From Macrostomum lignano (lineage: Eukaryota), in contig NIVC01000228.1 of the NCBI GenBank assembly GCA_002269645.1, positions 17,865 to 81,864 on the forward strand: a DNA stretch of 64,000 nucleotides. The letters are read 5' to 3'. The position numbers and the translations under genes are program-made. The stretch's first letter is position 1, and each line of letters starts with the position of its first letter. Shown here piece after piece: positions 34,846-46,194 of the stretch. The notes under the pieces are model-generated. The model was not told where the DNA came from, did not search any database, and saw only the letters and a program-made list of their open reading frames with translations.

Positions 34846-37460
34846 TCACGAGTATGACACTTGGGTATGCGGCATGACAGCGATATGGGTATCGTTGAAG
34901 GCACACGTGCCGATGATTTCGGCCGCATGGAGGACGACATCTGCATCGTCAGGAAAAACGTCAAACGGATGACAGGCGAGCCTCCGAACGTGGCAGTAAG
35001 TGCAGCCGGCTTCTTCAGGATCTGCAATGCCTGCCAAAAGAAAAAGCGGCTGCAGCGGTGCATCGGCTAACGGCAGTGGGCTGACTTGAAACGTTGCCGT
35101 GTCATTGGCCTGCCTGATCTCTTTTACTCGCGCGAAAAGCAGAGTTCGCGAATTCGCCGGACGAAAAGCTGCAACAAAGCAGGAGACTGTTCTCCGCAGT
35201 CGGAGTCTCGCGGAGTACGTCTCCACATAAAAGCCGCTTGGCAGCAACGCCCGCTGAAAGCAACATGGCCGATTGCGTACTGGACGGGACAATTGCAAAC
35301 CACCAGCGTAACGCGTGCCGCCCCCTTGATGACCGGGATGGCCGGCCAAGATGAGCTGCAAACGCGTCTCACTGCAGGCCGTCTCGACAGCGATGGTGTT
35401 GCTCAATTCAGCGGCCAGGTTGCGTCGGCCATGCAGTCTAGCCAGCAGCCGGCCGTGCTGCGACTCAAATAATCCAGTCGAGAGTCTGTGCACTGGGCCA
35501 AATGCTGCTGCAAACGATGGAAAATGCTGACAAACCTTGGGATGGAGAAGAAAGGGGGTGGTTCACGCAGCAGTAATTAAAGTTGTGCTTGCAATGGAGG
35601 AGTTTTAAGTGAGTTGTTACAAATTTAACTACATGGTGCACGTTATAGGTCAAAGCCCGTCTTGAGTACAACGGCTCCAGACGGTGCGCGAAATGTCGCA
35701 ATGAAGTGCTTGCGCGTTCCACTTCGTACAGTGGCGCGTCGTCCAGCGTAAGCCAGAAGAAAGACGACGACAGCAAGTTGAAATGCTGTGCGTACGTCTC
35801 CGGCAGAATGTCTGGGAACACAATCGGGCCGTACAGCAGCAACCACGCTTCCAGCTCGTGACCCCTGAGATGGCCAAGGTCTCGCAAGCTCCGTGGTGCT
35901 CTCTGTACCGCGCCCCTCGGAATTCGGATCGAGGCAGTCAGAGCGTCAAGGAGTTGAACGGATCCTCGTAGATCCGGGTTGACTGAATTTTGGCAAAAGT
36001 GTTTAGTCTGATAGCAAGTAAACAAGTAAACCATTTTTCCGACTAAATAGCAACATTCAGCCACGAACCTGCACTCGAGTCCGGCTTGGGTGAGCCAAAC
36101 AGCTGCGTGAGCGTCCACTTGACGGGGCCCTCGCACAACTGATGCAAATAGCACGTTGGGGTTGCTGTAAAAGTGTGGGGTCTTTTACTGTGAGCTTAGC
36201 AGTCCAACTTGAACTTAACAATCTCAGCTGGGAACTTATTCGTTACCCCAAATGTAGTCGAACCCAGATAATTCACTCAGAGGGGACAACGCCTTAACGC
36301 CGAGGTTACCATCTCGCAACTCGACGCCTACGCGCGCAAGGTGTACAGTATCACGCAGACACCGCACCTGAGGCTGCTGACAGCCACGCTCTGTAGCTAG
36401 GGCGACATCAGCTGCTGCCACGTCCGGTGGGTAGAAGCGCGCCTGTCCTTCACCAACGGGAGCAGTACGGATGTAACATTTGTCACACCCGTGGACAGCG
36501 TTAAAGCGCTTAACGCCGATTGTCTCAGCCCGCTGTGGCGCGTCCATCATGAACAGCAGTGGATGAAAACGGATGACACCGGCCTGAGTCACATCAGGGC
36601 CGCATCCTCTTCTGCATGCAACTCCATCCAGACTCAGCTTATTAAGCTGCTTTACTACCATTGGGAGATACGCTGTAGAATTAAGCTTCTGTCTGCTGCA
36701 CCAGTAGCCGCAGGTCACCACGCTGTTGGCTTTCAGGCGGTCCGGTAGCTCCACCACGGACAGGTACACAGGACAGATTTCCATGACGGAATGGCGGAAT
36801 GCCTGTTGCAAATAAAATGAAACTTCGAATTTTCCGACTGTAATTAATTTGTCACAGCGTTTAACCATCCAGAACATGGGACAAAACTGCAACAAAGACG
36901 GCCCCCTTACTCGTTCTTACCGGAAATCCGTCAATGCAAACAACGTAACTCAGGTCCTGTCGGGAGTCCAGGGAAATTAAACTCTTAAATTTGCAGTACC
37001 CTTCAGAAGAGCCAAGTCCAAGAAAACCAGGCTCGCACTTCTGGTCTGCGGGGAATACGACTTTCTGGAGCAATCCTTCCGCTTCTATCTGCAACTGAAG
37101 CTGCTTACGGACGTCCATCTGCCAGTACGTGCAGATTTTGTCCGGCGTTAGTGCAGCTGTGCAGTTTTCACAGACAGTGTCAGCTGTATCCACTCGAGCG
37201 AGGCACTTCAGGCAGAAATTGATACATTTGGGTTTCCGTCGACGCACCCCTAAGGCCTGGCGCAAATAATGCTTCGACGTAGGGATGCACCCACCAGCAG
37301 GCAGAGTCTCGTCAATCAGAGCCAGGACAGCACGGACGACGCTACCATTTAAACCGTACCTGGTCACAATTTTCTGCATTGCAACAGCAAAGCTCCCGTA
37401 CGTATGTCCACTTCATGGGCACACGGGATCATGCAGTCTCGGATGAGCTTCGTCATCGGA

Positions 37461-37493
<33 letters not shown>

Positions 37494-37850
37494 ACTATGG
37501 AGGTTTCCGTCGGACAAGGGTGTAGCCTCCTCGATATTTACGTCATCCTTGACGTCACCCCGATAGTCTCCGTCTCCATCATCATCTGACCATCCTGCCT
37601 CCTCTAACAGCACATCGGGGGAATCCGTCTGCTCAACCTCCATGTGGACAGTCGGTTCAGCAGCACCGTGGTCTCCAACGGGGACAGCAGCCGCCTCATT
37701 TTGGGCGTCCTGTCGCTGTTGAGCGAGACGCTCACGACGCCTTCGTTGTCGAAGTGCGTCACCGCGACGCAACCGGCCTGTTGGGTCGGCATCAGCAGCT
37801 TCGCGCTCCCTGCGCCGATAGACTTTTCGCTGGGCCGCCCTGTCAGCCAT
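34846..37850 (-). pseudogene. CACTA/EnSpm transposase of element 2, with introns and disabling changes
   Basis: ATG at 37850. In-frame TGA at 37413-37415. DGFP|AFRHS..PVYLSVVELP, MMDAPQRA..GVKRFNAVHGCDKC, YLHQLCEG, QRAPRSL, HELEAWLLLY, LTYNVH. Confidence 0.85.
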
Positions 37851-38328
37851 AATAGCGCTGCAGACATTTTCGGACAAGTATTTTGTGATGAGGTGCGTGT
37901 TAAATAAATAGGCTACTACTCTAATCTGCCAGTGTTCGTACAACAAATACTAGCTACATTGACAGAAAAGGGTACAAAAATAATTGAGACGACGATACAC
38001 GAGAATTAAAAAATCCAAATGCAGTCCAAAAACGTGCGGACACAGCTATATACTTGCAATATTACACTGGAAACCGAGAAGCACTAGAACTTTGCAATCT
38101 TACACTGGGAACCAAGAACCACTAGAACGTAGTTGAATCAGGAGGTGGAACTCGTAATTGTTGCACTTTTTTTAATGCTAGCTTGTTTACGTGTGTACTC
38201 ATACGATGTTGAGGCTTTAATTCCTGTTAAATCTACATCAGTCTAGTGGTCCTTGGTACAAACTGCCATATCACCCTGGCGTCCACCGGCGTCACATGCA
38301 TATATACATTCATGAACGGAGGTAGCAG

Positions 38329-39334
38329 TTATTCCTCATTTGGAGTACATGATATTTGGAGTACGCTGTCTAGCAGGGCAGACCAGTTAATGGGATCCAG
38401 AGTTGGCTCGTCGTTGTTTGAAACAGGCTGGGCAAGGGTGAGGACCGGGTTGTTCACCTCGTCCTCGTCGAAACCAGGAATCCCGCGGGTTAAATCCGAG
38501 GCTGTTAGGACGTCATCCAACAGAGCAGACCAATTTATTTCACCACTCATTTCAATTTGCCTGCTGTAAGTCAAATATGCAGGTGACAAACATGTACAAT
38601 AGCGTCAACGTTCGCTACATATCGCTACATAAGGCTACACGACATACACCATACCAACCTTAGCAGGACCTCAACAAGATCTAAGCTGGGAACAACCCAA
38701 ACAGACGCTGCATCTACACATGCGCACTTTTACATGTGCTTGCAGTAGAATGTCATTTAACCACACAAAAACTACACGACGATGGACGCCAACATACAAA
38801 TTGTGTTTTAAACGTACATGTACAAGTAGTTCGTTAACCCCGCTGTGGCATGTGCACTGGTGCAGGAGGGGGTAGCGAGGGGGGCGGAGACGGTGGAGGA
38901 TTGCGACGATGCGGGAGCAGGGGCATTCTAAAAAAATCTTCGCCCAGTTCATCATCTTCTTCTTCCTCTCGATCCTTTTCTTCTGCTGCAGCTTGTCGCT
39001 GCCTTTGAAGCTCCAGCACCTCCTGCTGCCTCCGCACGCCTATCTGCTGGTACTCTAGTAGCTGTTGCTGTCGCTGCAACAGCCGCTGTTGCTCCTCGAG
39101 CAGCCGCTCTAATGCAGCAAGCCTGTCTTGCTGCTGCTGCATGCTGGGGTTCTCTACATTTAGTGGCTGTAGTAACTGCTGCTGCTGATGAAGGTTGACC
39201 TGCAGCTGCTCAACTACCAGCCGCTGTCGCTCCCCAAACTCTTCCCGCAGGTCCTCCAGATAAGGTATCACAACCTCCGGTGCCTCGTCCTCCATCACGT
39301 CCTCCTCTTCCTCCAGTTCATTACGTGGATCCAT
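38329..39334 (-). CDS. Low-complexity acidic/Gln-rich coiled-coil ORF(s) inside element 2, function unknown (39334-38834; possible further exon ~38560-38329 with INWSALLD twice)
   Basis: ATG-initiated 166-aa ORF. Putative acceptor TTACAG before the 38.56-kb segment. No recognisable domain. Confidence 0.4.
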
Positions 39335-39583
39335 GGGTACCTATATAGCTGCAAAAAGCAGCTGCACAGTAGTATTATTGTCCTGATTACATGTCCCCCC
39401 ACAAGAGGCTATACCAGACCATTATTTATCAACTATTTGCAATCTAGCTGAGGAACTTCTCTCACTTCCCTAGTTAAATTGGTGTAGACGAATCAAGCAG
39501 CGGAATTACATGTACACATGCAACGAAGCCTTCGTACGTAGGATAAAATGAACAACGCAAGAAAAAAGTAACACCGATCAGGA

Positions 39584-39945
39584 TTAAAAAGCACCTCAAG
39601 TGCAGCAGTTGCCAAACTGGCTAACTGTAGGTATAAAACATTTTGGAGCAAACAGCTCATTTCTAAGTTTGCATTAAAAAGCACCTCAAGTGCTGGCAGT
39701 TGCCAAACTGGCTAACTGTAGGTATAAAACATTTTGGAGCAAACAGCTCATTTCTAAGTTTGCATTAAAAAGCACCTCAAGTGCTGGCAGTTGCCAAACT
39801 GGCTAACTGTAGGTATAAAACATTTTGGAGCAAACAGCTCATTTCTAAGTTTGCATTAAAAAGCACCTCAAGTGCTGGCAGTTGCCAAACTGGCTAACTG
39901 TAGGTATAAAACATTTTGGAGCAAACAGCTCATTTCTAAGTTTGC
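39584..39945. repeat. ~90-bp tandem repeat, 4 copies
   Basis: TTAAAAAGCACCTCAAGTG...CTAAGTTTGCA at 39584, 39674, 39765 and about 39855. Confidence 0.95.
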
Positions 39946-40994
39946 GTTTAGTTTCTCTTGACATAAAAATTCTTCTTACATCACACTGAAATTCAAACGG
40001 TACTACACTCTTCACCTCCGTGTAATATACATATTCACCTACAGTCTACAAGTACATTTTAAAACGCACCAGAAAATCACAATAGATCAGACACCTACAA
40101 TAATTGCTAACGGAATGACAATGTATTTAGGAAGCAAATAGAAGTTATAAATCTTCTCTGCAACACGCTTCCCTGCACCGTACAAACCGTAGTCCAGTTA
40201 ATTGAATGTAGGCGTCGGCATTCGACCAGTGACAGTTGGAACAGACCCCGTCGCTGAACAATAGCTGCAAAAGTGAGCAAAAAGGCTTTTTAGAAAGCAA
40301 TATACACTCCGTTTTAGCCTACTGAACTCTAATTGCACTAACTAGCCTACTGAGTTAGTAGAAAGTTTAGCGCTAGTACAACGATTCTTAGACGACTTTT
40401 TCGCGACTCTTTTACGCTTCTACAACTCACGTGACGCGCTTGTGATGCAAGAGTCACTTCTCCGTCGCATTTGACGCGTTTGAGTCGTTAAAAAGTCACA
40501 AGAGTCGCCCCAGACGCGCTAGAGTCACTAGAGAGTTGTTTGCAACGACTTTTTAGCGACTCTTGTCACGGTATCGTTTTCAACGGGTATACTATTGTAC
40601 AACTGTTCAAGCATGGAAAGCATCCGCTCCATAGTGTTGTTTGTAGATGATTAAGCAAGTAATTGAGGCAGGTTACAGTGAAGTTTCCCTATGTGAATTT
40701 CAAGAATTTACTGTAGAGACATCGGAGAATTTCGGCTCTTCGCAAAGATTCTGTGATGAAAAACTGAAGGTTAAAGCCGAGTATGAATCTGAATGGTACG
40801 ACACCGTCATGAGCAAGTCGTACTTGATGACGCGGTGAAAACTGAGCCAAAGATTAAGTTTATACGAGACTTAATAAGTCTTAAAAAGAAGAGCATTGAA
40901 GGTGTGCTTAGATTAGTGCCTCGAGTGAACTGCGGTCAGCGAAACCGGTTCATAACTTTAAAGGTGAGTAAAGCAAAATCTTGAATTGCAAAAT

Positions 40995-41290
40995 TTCTCA
41001 GCATCATCTCTCTGTCACTCAGCATTGTCTCCATCACTCAGCGTTCTCTCTCCGTCACTCAGCGTTGTCTCTCCGTCACTCAGCATTATCTCTCTGTCAC
41101 TCAGTGAGTCAGCATTATCTCTCTGTCACTCAGCGTTATCTCTCTGTCACTCTGCATTATCTCTCTGTCACTCAGCGTTGTCTCTCCATCACTCAGCATT
41201 ATCTCTCCGTCACTCAGTGAGTCAGCATTATCTCTCCGTCACTCAGTGAGTCAGCATTATCTCTCTGTCTCTCCGTCAGTCAGCATTATC
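40995..41290. repeat. ~21-bp tandem repeat TCTCTCTGTCACTCAGCATTA, about 14 copies
   Basis: Visible. Confidence 0.9.
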
Positions 41291-42265
41291 TGCGGACTGT
41301 CACTACTCACGTACTACCCATCACCATTACAGAATGTTACCACATCGGAGAGCGAAGCCGACGGTGTGCATTCTCTCTCTACAAAGAAGAATACCCAGGC
41401 AAATGGCTCAAATTACGCGTCCCCTTTGTCGGACATCGAGCTTCCTGCCTTCAATACGGCACTTTTTGCCTCAGTCGGTCCGCCTACCGACCCCAGCTCA
41501 ACGGAATCTGACGCTGGCATCGACACCGCCAACCGTTGGGCACATTGTCCCACCGACGCAGACGCCGAAGACATGCGGAACCAGCAGTCAACAGAGCAAC
41601 CAGTCAGTCAGCAAATCTAGGACGCCGATGTCTACAGCGACTCAAAAAGGTAGACAGCACACGTACGCGGATGCTGACGAAGATGCAGATATTGACTGCA
41701 TTGATCCAAGGGCAGTAGAAAGACTGCAGAGAAGTCTGGCCAAGTCAGGAGTGGACACCAGTTCTCTCAACGGCTTGAGCATTCTGTCGATGCTCAGTGC
41801 ACGGCAGAGCTGTGACGCTGTGCATAGAATCCGTCGACTGGAAAGACTGGTTCTACCACTTCTGGAAGGCATCAGCGCATCCCTGTGTACGTCATCTGCA
41901 GCATCGACGTCCACAGCAACCACAGACTTTGAGCCAATTGACTCCTGGGAGAGTTACATTCGCTTCATTTCATCACAGCAGATTCAAAGCAGCTTGGTAA
42001 GGGATTAGAATAAGTAACAATCTGATTTTTAACTTTTGAGAGTATTGCAAGAAAGAAAGGGATAAACAATGAATATTAGCTAATGTAATAAATAGTCTTT
42101 ACAATCAGTCTCGAATCCTTTCCCAAATAGGAACCGCATCTGCGCGGGTGCCGTTGCCCAACACTGGCGGAAACAGTGCGTCGCATGCTGGCCAAATGCC
42201 TCTCTCCCAGGATGCTCTGTCTGGTTAACTGGAGCGGCCGAGGCGGCATGCTGGAACGCTGCAGG

Positions 42266-42761
42266 CAGGGGCGTAGCCAGGAATTTTGATTGGGGGGGGG
42301 CGTGAGTTAGGGGGCGCCAGCTTCTTATAGGGGGGCGCCAGTTTCTTTTAGGGGGGGGCGCCAGTTTCTTATAGGGGGGCGCCAGTTTCTTTTAGGGGGG
42401 GGCGCCAGTTTCTTTTAGGGGGGCGCCAGCTTCTTATAGGGGGCGCCAGTTTCTTTTAGGGGAGGCGCCAGTTTCTTATAGGGGGCGCCAGTTTCTTTTA
42501 GGGGGGGCCGCGGGCACCAGTTTCTTTTAGGGTTTTAGAGGGGGGCGCCAGTTTCTTTTAGGGGGGCGCCAGTTTCTTTTAGGGGGGGGGCGCCAGTTTC
42601 TTTTAGGGGGGGGGGCGCCAGTTTCTTTTAGGGGGGGGGCGCCAGTTTCTTATAGGGGGGGGGGCACCAGTTTCTTTTAGGGGGGGGCGCCAAGGCCAGA
42701 GTTGGTGATTGGGGGGGGGGGCCACGCCCCCCCTTGCCCCCCCCCTCTGGCTACGCCCCTG
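42266..42761. mobile_element. hAT-like MITE with an internal GGGGGCGCCAGTTTCTTTTA minisatellite
   Basis: TIR CAGGGGCGTAGCCAG / CTGGCTACGCCCCTG; perfect 8-bp TSD GCTGCAGG (42258-42265 and 42762-42769). Confidence 0.92.
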
Positions 42762-43559
42762 GCTGCAGGGCGGAGCTTCCAGACTGCACCCTGACTGGAA
42801 AACAGCTGGGATTTGAGAACGCCAGGAAATTATTTTTGGTAAGTCACCGAGTAATCCTACTACTGTCAGTAGACACTACGGAGCATAAACAAAAATTTTG
42901 TTAACGTAAATAAATTCTTGCTAAAATTTAAACTACCAACAGACGCTGTAAAAGACTTATTCCCGGCGGACCCAATTACAAAGAAGCTGGTGCATCAAGA
43001 TTACGACATCCAGCAGGCAATTATTGATGTTCTGCTCTGCGGCCGGATTCAGGCTGAAGCTGCTGCAGCTGCCATTGTCTCCACTGCTGCTGACTTTGAC
43101 TTTGGAGAAGGCCGGCCGCAGAAAAAGCACAAAACGGCACGCGTGCTACAGGAAAGTGATGAAGCTGAAAACCTGCCCAGCGAGATCAGTGACAATTGTC
43201 AGTCAGTCGATAGCGTAGAGCTGGACATGGTGAAAATTAATACTATTTACTGAACAGCCCGTTTGAACTACTTGTACTTATCTATTACTAACAATTTTAG
43301 TCAATCTTAGTTTTTTTATTGGGTTTTGCATAGTTTTTGCATGTATTTATTGCCTACTATCTTTACGTGCTAAATATTATTTCTCATCTATTACTTTTTA
43401 AATATAAACATACGCTCGTACTAGCTGATGTGGGCAGGAGCCGCATGAATGCAATAGTAATAAATGTTAAAAAACTATCTGAATCTTTGTGATAAAAGAG
43501 AAAAGGCTGAGTGGCCTACTAAAAGTAGCAAAACTAGTACTTTGCTACAAATGTTCAGC

Positions 43560-44222
43560 TATCTATGATAGTGTCTATAGACATGTCTATTCTTCAGATA
43601 TCTAGGATGATAGTGTCTATAGAGATGTACTTTCTTCAGATATCTATGACAGTGCCTATAGACATTTCTATTGTTCAGATATCTATGACAGTGCCTATAG
43701 ACATTTCTATTGTTCAGATATCTATGACAGTGCCTATGGACATTTCTATTGTTCAGATATCTATGAAAGTGCCTATGGCCATTTCTATTGTTCAGATATC
43801 TATGAAAGTGCCTATGGCTATTTCTATTCTTCAGATATCTATGACAGTGCCTATAGACATTTCTATTGTTCAGATATCTATGACAGTGCCTATGGACATT
43901 TCTATTGTTCAGATATCTATGAAAGTGCCTATGGCCATTTCTATTGTTCAGATATCTATGAAAGTGCCTATGGCTATTTCTATTGTTCAGATATCTATGA
44001 AAGTGCCTATGGCTATTTCTATTGTTCAGATATCTGGGATGATAGTGTCTACAGACATTTCTATTGTTCGGATATCTATGACAGTGCCTATAGACATGTA
44101 TATTGTTCAGATATCTGACAGTGTCTATAGACGTGCCTATTGTTCAGATGTCTATTATAGTGCCTATAGAGATGTACATTGTTTAGATATCTAAGACTAT
44201 AGTGCCTATAGACATGTACATT
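43560..44222. repeat. 39-bp tandem repeat TTCAGATATCTATGACAGTGCCTATAGACATTTCTATTG, about 17 copies
   Basis: Visible. Confidence 0.95.
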
Positions 44223-44390
44223 GTTAATTTCGCTGATAAAATTTAGATTTCGGCATTCTAGCTTGCTGTAAACAGTTTCTCTACTTACAGTTCAGTAGCA
44301 AGAAAGCATGTGTAAGCTATTATTTAAACTAGTTGAATATGATAAGCTATTATCGATTCAGTGATAATGATTTACACTTTGCAAACGCAG

Positions 44391-45959
44391 CTACTACAGC
44401 ATTCTGGATAGCGGAGAGCGCAGCCGCCTGCTGCCGTACTACACTGAGCAGGCCAAACTGACCCTGTCTACAGCTTCTCCGCCTAGCGCAATGAATCATC
44501 ACAAATCATTGAACTGCTACATCAGTCTCAGCAGGAATCTGAAATACCTGGAGAGCAATCGGAGCAAAGCTGAATCGTTGGTACAGCGTGTCCGCTGTAG
44601 AGAAGCTGCCAGCCACCAGTCACCTGTTAAACAGCATGCGAGTTGACGTGCCTGTGAACGGCGACAATGCGGCGCTAATCTTTGTTACTGGCCTGTTCAT
44701 CGAGCTGACGCCCGGTCAAGACGGCGGCGACAGTCAGGACAAGACTCTGCGCACGTTCAGCCGCACCCTGGTGCTGGTGCCAGTGCCCGGCTCCGAGGCT
44801 GGCATGCAGATTCACGCCGACGATTTTTATATCACCCACGTTAGCCATCAGGTTAGACTTGGATTTGTACAGTTGGTGGAATTAATTCCCTGGGTCTCGG
44901 AGCTTTATAGAATTCTCCAAACTTTATGCTCATTGGAATTCTCCAAACTTTATGCTCATAGGAATTCTCAAAACTTTATGCTCATAGGAATTCTCCAAAC
45001 TTTGTGCTCATAGGAATTCTCCAAACTTTATGCTCATAAGAAATTCTCCAAACTTTATGCTCATAGGAATTCTCCAAACTTTATGCTCATAGGAATTCTC
45101 CAAACTTTGTGCTCATTGGAATTCTCCAAACTTTATGCTCATAGGAATTCTCCAAACTTTATGCTCATAGGAATTCTCCAAACTTTATGCTCATAGGAAT
45201 TCTCCAAACTTTATGCTCATAGGAATTCTCCAAACTTTATGCTCATAGGAATTCTCCAAACTTTATGCTCATAGGAATTCTCCAAACTTTGTGCTCATTG
45301 GAATTCTCCAAACTTTATGCTCATAGGAATTCTCCAAACTTTATGTTCATTGGAATTTCCCATAGCTTATCTACATAGAAATTCCCCATATCTTATCTAC
45401 ATAGAAATTCCCCATATCTTATCTACATAGAAATTCCCCATATCTTATCTACATAGAAATTCCCCATATCTTATCTACATAGAAATTCCCCATATCTTAT
45501 CTACATAGAAATTCCCATATCTTATCTACATAGAAATTCCCCATAGCTTATCTACATAGAAATTCCCCATATCTTATCTACATAGAAATTCCCCATAGCT
45601 TATCTACATAGAAATTCCCCATAGATTGTCCGTTCTACAAGTTCCCAATGTCCTATATTTATGGCAACTTTATTTATCGTATTATCTATGGAAATTGCCC
45701 GCGACTTCATCGGCTAATCGTCAAAGAAAATCCTCATATTGCCTCATATTCGTGTCAACCGCCCCCGCAACCGCAGGGTGCCGAGTGGCTCCTAGAACAG
45801 AGAGCCAGCGCGACTACAAGCGCCACCCTTCAGGAGCTACCGGCCGCGGCCAAAGAGGCCATGGTAACCGAATTCGAATTCGGCTGGGATTTTAAAGTGG
45901 CCGCTGAAAATTTCGCCCAGCTAAAAGCTGAAGGCAAAATCCCACCGGAAGCGTTTTAG
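44391..45959 (+). CDS. Nuclear RNA export factor (NXF1/TAP family) 3' exons: NTF2-like domain (44391-44851) and TAP-C/UBA-like domain (~45780-45959), with one frameshift near 44585
   Basis: YYSILDSGERSRLLPYY..YISLSRNL..LPATSH..VDV..VTGLFIE..LRTFSRTLVLVP..IHADDFYI, and WDFKVAAENFAQLKAEGKIPPEAF*. Acceptor CGCAG at 44390, donor GTTAGA at 44852. Confidence 0.8.
44905..45625. repeat. Two adjacent 26-bp intronic minisatellites (GGAATTCTCCAAACTTTATGCTCATA, about 17 copies; AGAAATTCCCCATATCTTATCTACAT, about 10 copies)
   Basis: Visible; they switch at about 45355. Confidence 0.95.
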
Positions 45960-46194
45960 AAGTAACTCGAACTGTTTGACAACTTTGCGACTTTGCGATA
46001 AACTAACGAAACAATTAATTTATGGCAATATTTATGGTGCAGAATTAATAGTACAAGCCACTGATCAATCAAGTCTAAGTTGTGCATAAAACATTGCGGT
46101 ATGCTTCCCTATTCTACAATTCTTGATTCATCTTACTGCATGTCTGACCTTTCGTCATGTACGAGCAAAACGGCAATATACGAGTAATTTGCAT

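Larger units (their letters stand above)
30048..40587 (-). mobile_element. CACTA/EnSpm-type element 2 (10.5 kb), nested in element 1
   Basis: TIRs CCCGATGAAAACGGTACC (30048) and CCCGTTGAAAACGATACC (reverse complement ending 40587), 16/18 identical. 3-bp TSD TAT. Dense subterminal GAGTCG/GTCGC repeats at both ends. Internal transposase and accessory genes. Confidence 0.85.
40620..43253 (+). pseudogene. Accessory gene of CACTA element 1 (DUF4806-like C-terminus), fragmented
   Basis: Exon-like pieces KLKVKAEYESEWYDTV; a low-complexity middle (41.3-42.0 kb); TLAETVRRMLAKCLSPRMLCLVNWSGRGG; the frame is restored across the MITE; then DAVKDLFP..DIQQAII. It lies divergent to the element 1 transposase. 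The DUF4806 call is by eye. Confidence 0.55.

Noticed and set aside
26225-43434. CCCACAT…ATGTGGG as TIRs of CACTA element 1
   Set aside because: Only a 7-bp match and no target-site duplication.
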